Assembly: GCA_944332715.1 (NCBI GenBank)
Contig: CALVKN010000001.1
Span: 13,415 to 77,414, forward strand
Reading direction: 5' to 3'
Origin: an uncultured Bacilli bacterium
Lineage (GTDB): Bacteria > Bacillota_I > Bacilli_A > RF39 > UBA660
DNA: 64,000 nt
Shown: positions 17,337 to 25,617 of the stretch, piece after piece
How the letters are laid out: each line of letters opens with the position of its first letter
How positions within the stretch are numbered: the stretch's first letter is position 1
The notes under the pieces: generated by a model
The model's input: the letters and a program-made list of their open reading frames with translations, nothing else
What the model was told of the DNA's origin: nothing
Database searches by the model: none
Made by a program: the position numbers and the translations under genes

Positions 17337-18464
17337 TTACCTTACTGTACTTAATTTTTCATATTCTTCTTTAAAAACATCTAAAAATTTATTTATTTCT
17401 TCAGTAGTTGTTACATAAGATAAACTAAGTCTAATTGTATGCTTACTTCGCTTTACATCATTATAAATCGCCATTACGCTGTGTGATGCTTCCCCACTTG
17501 CACATGCTGTATTAGTACTTAAATAAATTTCATATTTATCTAAAGCATGAATTAAAGTCTCTGGCATTACATTCATTACACTAAAATTCAATATATGAGG
17601 TATAGAATACTTAGTTTTATTTATTTTGATATTTGGATATTTTTCTAAAAAATTAACTACTTTTTCATTTAGTAAACTTACAAATCTTTCTCTTTTTTCC
17701 AAATCCGTTGTAGCAAGTCTTATAGCTTTAGATAAAGCAGCAATCAAAGGAAGTGGTGGAGTCCCTGGCTTAAGTTCATTACTTTTGCCAGATCCATAAA
17801 TAAGTGGTGTAATTTTAATCATACTACTTTTATATAAAAAACCAATTCCTTTAGGTCCAAATATTTTATGTCCTGACATACTTGCCAAATCAACATCGTG
17901 AAAATTAACAGAAACTTTTCCTATTGCTTGAGTCATATCAGAATGAAATAATGTTGCAATATTTTCCTTTTTTATTATTTGTCTTATCATCTTTAAAGGT
18001 TGTCTTACCCCTGTTTCACTATTTACAGCACAAATACTAACTAATATTGTATCATCTCTAACCTTTGCTTTTAAATCATCAAAATCAATTAATCCTTCTG
18101 CATCATTATTAACATAATCAATTGAAAAACCAATACTTTTTAAATAATCACATATAGCATAAACTGAAGGATGTTCAAGTTTTGAAACAATTATATGTTT
18201 TCCCTTACGATGATGAGCCATAGCAACCCCAATTATTGCCATATTATTTGCTTCAGTTGCCCCGCTGGTATAAACTATTTCACTGGCATTTACCCCAAAT
18301 ATATCAGCAATTTGCTTAGTGGCACTTTCAAGTAATTTTGCTGACTTCTCTCCTAAAGCATGAATAGAATTGGCATTTCCTATAAATTCTTTCGTAACTT
18401 TAGATATCGTATCTAATACTTCATATGATACTGGTGTCGTTGCACTATAATCTAAGTAAATCAA
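17337..18464 (-). CDS. cysteine desulfurase (class V aminotransferase, NifZ/IscS-like)
   Basis: PLP-lysine motif SMSGHKIFGPKG and active-site region TNTACASGE. Adjacent to thiI, as for B. subtilis nifZ. Confidence 0.85.
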   Translation of the reverse strand: MIYLDYSATTPVSYEVLDTISKVTKEFIGNANSIHALGEKSAKLLESATKQIADIFGVNASEIVYTSGATEANNMAIIGVAMAHHRKGKHIIVSKLEHPSVYAICDYLKSIGFSIDYVNNDAEGLIDFDDLKAKVRDDTILVSICAVNSETGVRQPLKMIRQIIKKENIATLFHSDMTQAIGKVSVNFHDVDLASMSGHKIFGPKGIGFLYKSSMIKITPLIYGSGKSNELKPGTPPLPLIAALSKAIRLATTDLEKRERFVSLLNEKVVNFLEKYPNIKINKTKYSIPHILNFSVMNVMPETLIHALDKYEIYLSTNTACASGEASHSVMAIYNDVKRSKHTIRLSLSYVTTTEEINKFLDVFKEEYEKLSTVR

Positions 18465-18478
18465 ATGTAAAACCTCCT

Positions 18479-18880
18479 TTAATTATTATTGTCTCTTAGA
18501 TCCTCTGCTTCTTCAATATAGTCATCACAAGTTGTACTCGTTGGATCTAATAAACATTCCTCACATTCTGTAATACCATCTAAATCTGCTACATTATCAA
18601 TTAAGTCAAAAACAACTTTTACAATGGTAGGAATAAAAAATATACAAACACCAACAATTAACCTTCTAAAAAGTGACATTGAAGCACTTTTAATAGCCTT
18701 ATCATCACTACTAGCTATAGCCTTAGCAAAATCAACAATTCCAAATATAATAATAATTAAAGGAACTAATATTTTAAGAGCAAAAAGCCCATATCCCACA
18801 AATTGCCATATTGCTGATGTTCTAAGACAAAAATCATTTTCTATTGCTATAACTTTTGGCATAAAATTCAATATATTCAT
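18479..18880 (-). CDS. stand-alone two-TM/4-Cys anchor module protein, 133 aa (family member 3)
   Basis: AGGTGA RBS. ...DFCLRTSAIWQFVGYGLFALKILVPLIIIIFGIVDFAKAIASSDDKAIK...LIVGVCIFFIPTIVKVVFDLI...CEECLLDPTSTTC. Confidence 0.65.
   Translation of the reverse strand: MNILNFMPKVIAIENDFCLRTSAIWQFVGYGLFALKILVPLIIIIFGIVDFAKAIASSDDKAIKSASMSLFRRLIVGVCIFFIPTIVKVVFDLIDNVADLDGITECEECLLDPTSTTCDDYIEEAEDLRDNNN
18588..18836. repeat. direct repeat, copy 2 (partner at 17041-17290)
   Basis: See copy 1. Together the two copies bracket the cysteine desulfurase gene. Confidence 0.9.
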
Positions 18881-18887
18881 AACTCAC

Positions 18888-20603
18888 CTACTTGTATTCT
18901 TCTAATAATCTTTTATATATCCCTGGTTCAACAATATTTATGGCATTAATAGCATTTTCTAAACTATTTTTAAAATTACCTTTACTAAATAAATTTTCTG
19001 CTTTAGTTAAACCAAAATCAACTTCTTTATTAGTAACTCGATATCTATTACCATAAACAATTGCCGCCTCAGCCATTCTAGCTGTCTTAACAGTTTCATT
19101 AATAGTATTATAAACTTTTAAAACTAAATCCCTAGCAGTATCAACTCTTAAATTCAAAACTTTTATAGATATAGGTCTTTTATCTAATGCCTTAATAAGT
19201 TCATCTATTGCTTCCATAGCCTCACTCATCTCAACATAATAATTCTTAGGTATTGCAGGAAGTTTAAACGATCTAACCTTATCTTTAGTTTGTTTTAAAA
19301 TCTTCTTTATTTCTTCTAGTTGTTCTCGAGCACGTAACTCATCTTCTTTCAAACTTCCTAAAGTCTTTAAAGCACCATTAAGTTTTTCTTCACTTTTAAC
19401 TAACTTAGAATTAATAATTTCCATTTCTCTAGCAAGTTTCGAATATGGCAATATATGACTTCTGCCAACATCCACTATTTTATCATAACTTGCCCGAATA
19501 TTCATTATTTCATCTTTAATTTCCGTAATTACTGCTACTTCATCATCTGTTAAATCATAACTATATTTAATATCATCAATCTTTTTATAAAGTTCATTAT
19601 TAATTTTTTCTAATTTAGTTGCTTTAAGTAACACACTTCTACTATAATCTTCATATATTTTTTTACTAATCTTTTCCTTATCAAAATCATTATATAAAGA
19701 GTCAAAATAATCATGCATCGTTTTAAGTTCAAATAAAGAATCTTCGATATTTAAAACATTCAATCTTTGAAATATATCTTGTATCTTTTTACTCGCTTCT
19801 TCAATATTATAATCGATATTTAAATACTCTAAATTGTATCCTTCCCTAGTCATCTTATCGACAATATTTTTAATATCTTCAATTCTTTTAGGTATTAAAT
19901 TTTTACCCAAATTTACTATTGGTCTAGTTTCTTCAACTACAACTTTCAAATTATCTATTATATCTGCAATTGCTTTAACAATTTTTCCTACTTCTGTATA
20001 AGCATTTTGTTCCATAGCAACTTCAAATGTTTGAAATAATTTATCAACTGTTTCAAATTGCAACTCTAAAGGTACCTTTATTATGGCATATTCATCTTCA
20101 TAATCTTTATATGTTGCCATAATTTCCCTATACTGAGCTTTAAGTTTTGTAATACTTTCTCTATTTCTCTCTTCACTTAACGTTACATCTTTTATTTCAT
20201 CAAGTAAAAAATCAGCCTTAGTTTTTAAATTATTTAAATCAAAATCAGCTTTTAAAATAAGACCTTTTAATTCTTTAAAATCATGGTCTTCGAATAATTC
20301 TTCAATATCATTGATAGTATCTGTAATTTTTGGTAATTCTACATCTTTAATATTGTTAAATCTCTTTTTCCAATCTTCTAATTTTGCCTTCATTTCATCA
20401 TTATTAACTAATGCTTCGACCTTATTTAGTTCTGAAAGCATACTTGCTGAAATAATCAAATTTTTTTCTTTTTCTAATTCATCTATTTGTGCTTTTAATT
20501 TATTTTTCTCACGGTGATTTATTAAATTCAAAATAACTATTATTATAATAATAGTAACTACATAATAAAGAACCGCAAGTAATAAAAAAGTTGTTCTGCC
20601 CAT
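18888..20603 (-). CDS. ezrA: septation ring formation regulator EzrA
   Basis: N-terminal TM segment, long coiled coils, and a C-terminal GNRYR motif (IVYGNRYRVTNKEV). The start is set to the second ATG, 5 nt after AAGGTGA. Confidence 0.85.
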   Translation of the reverse strand: MGRTTFLLLAVLYYVVTIIIIIVILNLINHREKNKLKAQIDELEKEKNLIISASMLSELNKVEALVNNDEMKAKLEDWKKRFNNIKDVELPKITDTINDIEELFEDHDFKELKGLILKADFDLNNLKTKADFLLDEIKDVTLSEERNRESITKLKAQYREIMATYKDYEDEYAIIKVPLELQFETVDKLFQTFEVAMEQNAYTEVGKIVKAIADIIDNLKVVVEETRPIVNLGKNLIPKRIEDIKNIVDKMTREGYNLEYLNIDYNIEEASKKIQDIFQRLNVLNIEDSLFELKTMHDYFDSLYNDFDKEKISKKIYEDYSRSVLLKATKLEKINNELYKKIDDIKYSYDLTDDEVAVITEIKDEIMNIRASYDKIVDVGRSHILPYSKLAREMEIINSKLVKSEEKLNGALKTLGSLKEDELRAREQLEEIKKILKQTKDKVRSFKLPAIPKNYYVEMSEAMEAIDELIKALDKRPISIKVLNLRVDTARDLVLKVYNTINETVKTARMAEAAIVYGNRYRVTNKEVDFGLTKAENLFSKGNFKNSLENAINAINIVEPGIYKRLLEEYK

Positions 20604-20708
20604 TACATTCACCTTACTATCAATAGTTTATCATAAATATAAGATTTTTTAAAGTAATAATGCATATAAAAGTGTCTTGGACATATTATTTAATAACGGA
20701 GGGTGTAT

Positions 20709-21194
20709 ATGATAAACAAACAAAATCTATGGTTTATAACATTATTTTCATTAATTTTAGTATTAGGAATTTATTATGTCAGCATGGGAGATGAAACAAT
20801 TAGTGTTCTAGCAGGAGAATCTGATGTAAGTGAAGTTGTTGAGGTTAACAAATCTGATGTCATTGTGGCACTACAAGTTGAAGATGATGAATCGGTCTTA
20901 GAACAAATGACTGAATACCAAAATATTTTACTAGATACTGAAGCAACAATCGAAGAAAAAAATGACGCCTACAATGCCTTACAAGCCTTAAGTAACTCCC
21001 AAAGTGAATGTGAAAAAATAGAAAAGCTTATATCAGATGAATATAAATATGATAATTTTGTTAAAATTGATGGAGATACTATAAGCATAGTCATAGCAAG
21101 CACTGACCACAACAAAGAAATTGCTAATAAAATAATTAGATCTGTCCAAAGCCTTTATAATACTCAAAAATATATAACAGTTAAATTCGAATAA
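20709..21194 (+). CDS. SpoIIIAH-like family protein
   Basis: The N-terminus INKQNLWFITLFSLILVLGIYYV resembles SpoIIIAH (KKQTVWLLTMLSL..VLSVYY). GGAGGG RBS. Confidence 0.5.
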   Translation: MINKQNLWFITLFSLILVLGIYYVSMGDETISVLAGESDVSEVVEVNKSDVIVALQVEDDESVLEQMTEYQNILLDTEATIEEKNDAYNALQALSNSQSECEKIEKLISDEYKYDNFVKIDGDTISIVIASTDHNKEIANKIIRSVQSLYNTQKYITVKFE

Positions 21195-21261
21195 TACGCC
21201 GGTACTAAATTTTAAATGCTTCATAAAATATTATGAAGTTATTTTATTTTGTGAGGTGACT

Positions 21262-21468
21262 ATGAACAAAAAAATATTAACTGATAGAGAACGCGAAGTT
21301 TTTGAATTATTAGTGCTTAATAAAACAACTAGTGAAATAGCTAAGTTTCTAGGAATAAGTGAAAAAACAGTCCGCAATCACATATCAAACACCATCCAAA
21401 AATTGGGAGTAAAGGGCCGTGCTGGAGCAGTTGTTGAACTAATAAAACTAGGAGAACTAACAATTTAA
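21262..21468 (+). CDS. gerE: spore-coat gene regulator GerE (LuxR-type HTH)
   Basis: LTDREREVFELLVLNKTTSEIAKFLGISEKTVRNHISNTIQKLGVKGRAGAVVELIKLGEL closely follows B. subtilis GerE. Confidence 0.85.
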   Translation: MNKKILTDREREVFELLVLNKTTSEIAKFLGISEKTVRNHISNTIQKLGVKGRAGAVVELIKLGELTI

Positions 21469-21469
21469 T

Positions 21470-21491
21470 AAAGACTTCGGTCTTTTTTTTA
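21470..21491 (+). terminator. Rho-independent terminator of gerE
   Basis: AAAGAC-TTCG-GTCTTT plus a T-run. Confidence 0.7.
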
Positions 21492-21523
21492 TTCTTTAAA
21501 ATATAATTAAACAGGTGAATATT

Positions 21524-22456
21524 ATGCTAAAAAAATCATCTCTAAGAAGAATAATGGTAGCAACACTTGCTCTATTTATTTTACTTATAATCTATTTTTT
21601 CCCTACTACAAGCGAGTTTAAAGAAACACTATCCTATATCGAAAAAGAAGAAATACCTATATTTTTAGTTGATAGCATGGAATATATTGCTAGAACAAGC
21701 ATTGTAAAAGAAAGCGAAACTACCGAAGAATTAATTGAGGAAGTAATTGACTCCTTAACTATTGGCAGCGAAAAATCTAACTATATCCGTGATGGTTTTA
21801 AAGGTATAATTCCTAAAAATACTAAAGTTTTAGACACTACTCTTGAAGGAAACATTTTAACAATTAATTTTAGTAAAGAATTTTTAAATGTATCAGAAAG
21901 TGATGAAGAAAAGATGTTTGAAGCACTAACTTATTCTTTACTTGAAATACCTGAAATAAAAAAAATAAGTATCTTAGTTGAAGGAGAAAAACTAAAAAAC
22001 TTACCTAATTCTAAAAAAAAATTACCAGAATTTTTAGATCGTAATTTTGGTATTAATAAAATCTATAACTTAGATTCCATTAAAGATACTAGTAAAACAA
22101 CTATATATTACTTGAGTAAATATAATGATTATTATTACTATGTTCCAGTTACAAAAATTAGCAATGATGCAACTGAAAAAGTTGAAATAATAATAAATGA
22201 ATTGAAATCAACTCCTATTTATCACACTAATTTAATTAGTTATTTAGCAGCATCAACTAACATAACTAATTATGAATTACTTGAAAATAGTATTACTCTG
22301 TCTTTCAACAATCACCTACTTGCTAATTTGAAAGATGAAGAAATGCTTGAAGAAGTCAAATACTCTATTGCCCTATCTATGCGTGATAGTTATGGCGTTG
22401 AAGAAGTACTATTTAATTTTCCAGATAGCGAAACTGAAGTTATGGCTTTATCATAA
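21524..22456 (+). CDS. gerM: GerM-like sporulation/germination protein (two GerMN-type domains)
   Basis: N-terminal membrane anchor and a repeated ~130-aa domain architecture. Located next to gerE. AGGTGA RBS before ATG 21524. Confidence 0.65.
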   Translation: MLKKSSLRRIMVATLALFILLIIYFFPTTSEFKETLSYIEKEEIPIFLVDSMEYIARTSIVKESETTEELIEEVIDSLTIGSEKSNYIRDGFKGIIPKNTKVLDTTLEGNILTINFSKEFLNVSESDEEKMFEALTYSLLEIPEIKKISILVEGEKLKNLPNSKKKLPEFLDRNFGINKIYNLDSIKDTSKTTIYYLSKYNDYYYYVPVTKISNDATEKVEIIINELKSTPIYHTNLISYLAASTNITNYELLENSITLSFNNHLLANLKDEEMLEEVKYSIALSMRDSYGVEEVLFNFPDSETEVMALS

Positions 22457-22495
22457 AGTATTGATAAATTATCAAAAATTTGGTATATTATATAT

Positions 22496-22562
22496 GTAAG
22501 TGTTACCCATAGTGGTGGGTAGCATCTACTATGTTTCGACGCTATTTTAGCGTCTTTTTTCC
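22496..22562 (+). ncRNA. predicted antisense sRNA, copy B; ends are approximate
   Basis: Promoter at 22461-22489. Terminator GACGCT-ATTTT-AGCGTC (22538-22554) plus TTTTTT. Confidence 0.5.
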
Positions 22563-22627
22563 TTTATATCAGCTATTAAACCGAGTGTAATTACTATCAT
22601 TACTAAATAAAATTCATTATCGTTCAT
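22547..22627 (-). CDS. 26-aa hydrophobic peptide (putative type I toxin), copy B
   Basis: MNDNEFYLVMIVITLGLIADIKEKRR, with SD GGGGAGTGAGG. It differs from copy A at 5 of 81 nt. Confidence 0.55.
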   Translation of the reverse strand: MNDNEFYLVMIVITLGLIADIKEKRR

Positions 22628-22857
22628 GACCTCACTCCCCTTTCACCCTGATCTCCCAAGGTACCCCCTGAGAAAAAGAATTACTCAAAAAGCAAAGTAG
22701 ACGCTCCCACTATGGGTAACGGTTAATTATTCTAAAGTTAAAATATTAAAAATACAAGAAAAATCGTACGGCAAAATTCGACATTAGAGTGAAAAATTGT
22801 AGGATACCTTACTTTATACTTGCCAAAATTAATATTTTATACTATAATTTACTTGAT

Positions 22858-22934
22858 GTCCTCGTAGCTCAGCTGGATAGAGCATACGCCTTCTAAGCGT
22901 ACGGTCGAGCGTTCGAATCGCTCCGAGGACACCA
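22858..22934 (+). tRNA. tRNA-Arg (anticodon UCU)
   Basis: Cloverleaf folded by hand: acceptor GTCCTCG/CGAGGAC, anticodon loop CTTCTAA, T-loop GAGCGTTCGAATCGCTC, encoded CCA. Promoter TTGCCA-17-TATAAT is at 22821-22849. Confidence 0.9.
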
Positions 22935-22946
22935 ATTAAGTATCTT

Positions 22947-22975
22947 AAGTCTCTGTAAAGAGACTTTTATTTTTT
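22947..22975 (+). terminator. terminator after tRNA-Arg
   Basis: AAGTCTCT-GTAA-AGAGACTT plus a T-rich run. Confidence 0.7.
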
Positions 22976-23049
22976 GATTCAATTAGTTAATTTCTCTTGT
23001 AATTATTTTTAACATTTGTTAATATAATTCTAGAAAGGAGTTTGAGTTT

Positions 23050-23502
23050 ATGTACGGATATGGTATTGAAGAAGCAGTAGAATCAGTTGCTTATACAGCA
23101 ATGTGGACTGTAGTATCTCTTATTTTAGCAATCATCGGAGGCATTTTAGTTTATTTTCTATTCATTAAAGGTAAAGATTTAAAACTATCAGCTGGTCTAC
23201 AAAAATTAAGAGATTTACTTGATTTCAAAATAATGTTAATTGAACCTATTCTAAAGATTTTATATTTAGTTATTACCCTATTTATCATGCTATCATCATT
23301 TAGTTTAATAACTGTAAACTTCTTAGGTTTCTTATTAATGTTTATTTTAGGTCCAATAGTAGTAAGAATAATTTATGAAGCATCAATAATGTTTTTAATG
23401 ATTTGGAAAAATACTAAAATAATTGCTGATAATACAGCTAAAGAAAATATTGAAAAAAATAATAAAAAAGAAACCAAATCAAAAGAAGATAAAGAAAACT
23501 AG
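23050..23502 (+). CDS. small multi-pass membrane protein (possibly DUF4282-like)
   Basis: AAGGAG RBS, 3-4 hydrophobic helices, Lys/Glu-rich tail. Confidence 0.45.
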   Translation: MYGYGIEEAVESVAYTAMWTVVSLILAIIGGILVYFLFIKGKDLKLSAGLQKLRDLLDFKIMLIEPILKILYLVITLFIMLSSFSLITVNFLGFLLMFILGPIVVRIIYEASIMFLMIWKNTKIIADNTAKENIEKNNKKETKSKEDKEN

Positions 23503-23556
23503 AAATAGTTTTTTTTATTTGGAAAATATGATAAAATAATCAATCGAGGAATACAT

Positions 23557-24435
23557 ATGGAAAATATTAGTAATTACTATCAAATTATTTTCAAAAGATT
23601 ATTTAATATTTCTGCTAATATTTTAGAAGAATATCGCTTTCTTTTAGCTTTAGAAAAAAATGGCAATAAAGCATGTGAAGAATATAATCAACACTATAAA
23701 ATTCTTAAAGAACATATATCAGCAGAAAAACAAGTTTATGAATCTTTAAGGAAAAACAATGATATCATCCATGGTCTTTTAAAAAAAATTGCTTATTTTA
23801 ACAAAAGAGCCACTGATTTTACTATACCTAAAAATGATAATTCTCTAATATATACCCGTATGTCTTTAAAACTAAATAACTCTCTATCTGATATAACTAA
23901 ATATAAATCTCCAGAAGTTTTTGCTTTATTTAATAAATTTGATTTATTTAGTCTTATTCATTTTGAAAATGTTTTGTTTGCTTTAATTCTTTTTAAAAAA
24001 TTTATTCGTACCAACCCTGATCTAGTTTTAGAAGATATCCTAACTACCGATTTATACAGTTATTCATTTATGTTTCCTTATATTGAAGATTTTCTTTTAA
24101 AAGAAGATTTTACGCTGCCAGATCACTTCTATTCAATCACTGAATGGTTAAATGAACAAACAGTTGTAGATATTAGTATAAATACTTTTAAACAAAAAAA
24201 GTTTGATCAAATAACTAATTACATGAAAAAAAATAATCTAAGTACTATAAATTACATATTCTTACTTTTCTATTTAAAAGCTCTATCACTAGATTTAGAT
24301 GAAGAAAAAACAAAAGAACTTGAAGAATTAATTAAAAAAAGTGGATTAAAAAAGGATGCATCGACATCCTTAACAGCATTTATATTTGGAGAAGATCCAA
24401 CTTCTTTAATAAGAAAAGTTTCTTTTAACATTTAA
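23557..24435 (+). CDS. hypothetical protein, 292 aa
   Basis: Long ORF with a GAGGAA RBS. No family recognised. Confidence 0.45.
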   Translation: MENISNYYQIIFKRLFNISANILEEYRFLLALEKNGNKACEEYNQHYKILKEHISAEKQVYESLRKNNDIIHGLLKKIAYFNKRATDFTIPKNDNSLIYTRMSLKLNNSLSDITKYKSPEVFALFNKFDLFSLIHFENVLFALILFKKFIRTNPDLVLEDILTTDLYSYSFMFPYIEDFLLKEDFTLPDHFYSITEWLNEQTVVDISINTFKQKKFDQITNYMKKNNLSTINYIFLLFYLKALSLDLDEEKTKELEELIKKSGLKKDASTSLTAFIFGEDPTSLIRKVSFNI

Positions 24436-24443
24436 AAAAGAGC

Positions 24444-25004
24444 TTATGCTCTTCCTGAATATTTACCATCCTTAGTAGATATAATGATTGTTTCTCCTTC
24501 ATTAATAAATAATGGCACTTTAACTACATATCCAGTTTCAATTTTTGCATCTTTAGTAGCATTAGTTGCTGTATTTCCTTTTACTGCAGGTTCTGTTTCT
24601 ACTACTGTATATTCAATCTTTTCTGGTAAAGTAATACCAATTATTTCTCCTTCATAAAAATCAATATCTATTTCTAAACCTTCTTTTATGAAATCTACAT
24701 TATCCCCTAAAACAGATTCTGGTATTTCAATTTGTTCATAAGTATCATTATTCATAAATACATATGAATCTCCCATTTTGTATAAGTATTGTGTTTTTAC
24801 TTTTTCAATATGAGCTTTAGTTATTTTAATATTGGTATTAAATGTATCTTCTGTAACTGATCCTGTTCTTAAATTTTTTCTTTTGATACGCACGAATGCT
24901 GGACCTTTACCTGGCTTTACATGTTGAAATTCTACAATTGTATATAAATTACCATCCATGATAACAGTCATACCATTCTTAATATCATTAATATTTATTT
25001 CCAT
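24444..25004 (-). CDS. efp: elongation factor P
   Basis: VKPGKGPAFVRIKRKNLRTG and overall EF-P length. Confidence 0.95.
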   Translation of the reverse strand: MEININDIKNGMTVIMDGNLYTIVEFQHVKPGKGPAFVRIKRKNLRTGSVTEDTFNTNIKITKAHIEKVKTQYLYKMGDSYVFMNNDTYEQIEIPESVLGDNVDFIKEGLEIDIDFYEGEIIGITLPEKIEYTVVETEPAVKGNTATNATKDAKIETGYVVKVPLFINEGETIIISTKDGKYSGRA

Positions 25005-25024
25005 ATAAACTCACCACCCTATTA

Positions 25025-25189
25025 TTATTTCTTTTCTTTAGCAATAACTGTCTTTCTACATTTAGGACAATATCTGTTTAATTCTAAACGATCCGGAGTA
25101 TTCTTTTTATTTTTACTAACAGGGCGTAATTCAAAACCACATACAGAACATCTCATAGTAACTTCACTACGATTTTCTTTTTTTGCCAT
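25025..25189 (-). CDS. rpmG: 50S ribosomal protein L33
   Basis: Not in the ORF track. GGAGGG RBS. MAKKENRSEVTMRCSVCGFELRPVSKNKKNTPDRLELNRYCPKCRKTVIAKEKK (CxxC...CxxC). Promoter TTGAAA-17-TATAAT is upstream. Confidence 0.9.
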   Translation of the reverse strand: MAKKENRSEVTMRCSVCGFELRPVSKNKKNTPDRLELNRYCPKCRKTVIAKEKK

Positions 25190-25294
25190 AAAATTCCCTC
25201 CTCACTAATAATATCTATACCATTATACCCAAAAAAGCCAATATTTTCAAGGACTTTTAGTAAGTTTTTGTTACAATTCACAGCCTAAATAGTA

Positions 25295-25498
25295 TTAAAC
25301 ACTCAAAAAGGAAGCCATAAAAATGACAATGAAATGATAAGTTATCAGTTGTTGCAGTATTGGCATTAACATAATATTTCCTGTTCCCCCACCTTGTGCT
25401 TGAAAATAGGCATATGTTGCTCCCACTACTACTGCTATTAGAGTTACTACTCCAAGAAATGATAACACCAATACTTTTTTCTCATTTTTAATTTCCAT
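25295..25498 (-). pseudogene. truncated gene with a TasA/camelysin-type (SipW-dependent) signal peptide
   Basis: MEIKNEKKVLVLSFLGVVTLIAVVVGATYAYFQAQGGG, then nonsense. A +1 frame continues VNANTATTDNLSF, which suggests a frameshift plus truncation. Confidence 0.4.
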
Positions 25499-25617
25499 AT
25501 AAATTCTACACTCCTATTTATTGATTATACTAAATAAAGCCTAAAATTACTGTTGAACTATGTTATGTAATACTATTTTTATGACGCTACTAGGCTATAT
25601 TTAAATTATAGTTAAAA

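Larger units (their letters stand above)
22461..22783 (-). other. candidate type I toxin-antitoxin-like module, copy B (inverted relative to A and C)
   Basis: Same parts as copy A. 0A-like boxes are the reverse complement of 22767-22783 (TGTCGAA-ttt-TGCCGTA). Promoter TTGTAT-17-TAGAAT is the reverse complement of 22757-22729. The repeats are at 22697-22720 and 22502-22529. The antisense promoter is TTGATA-17-TGgTATATT (22461-22489, + strand). Confidence 0.65.
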
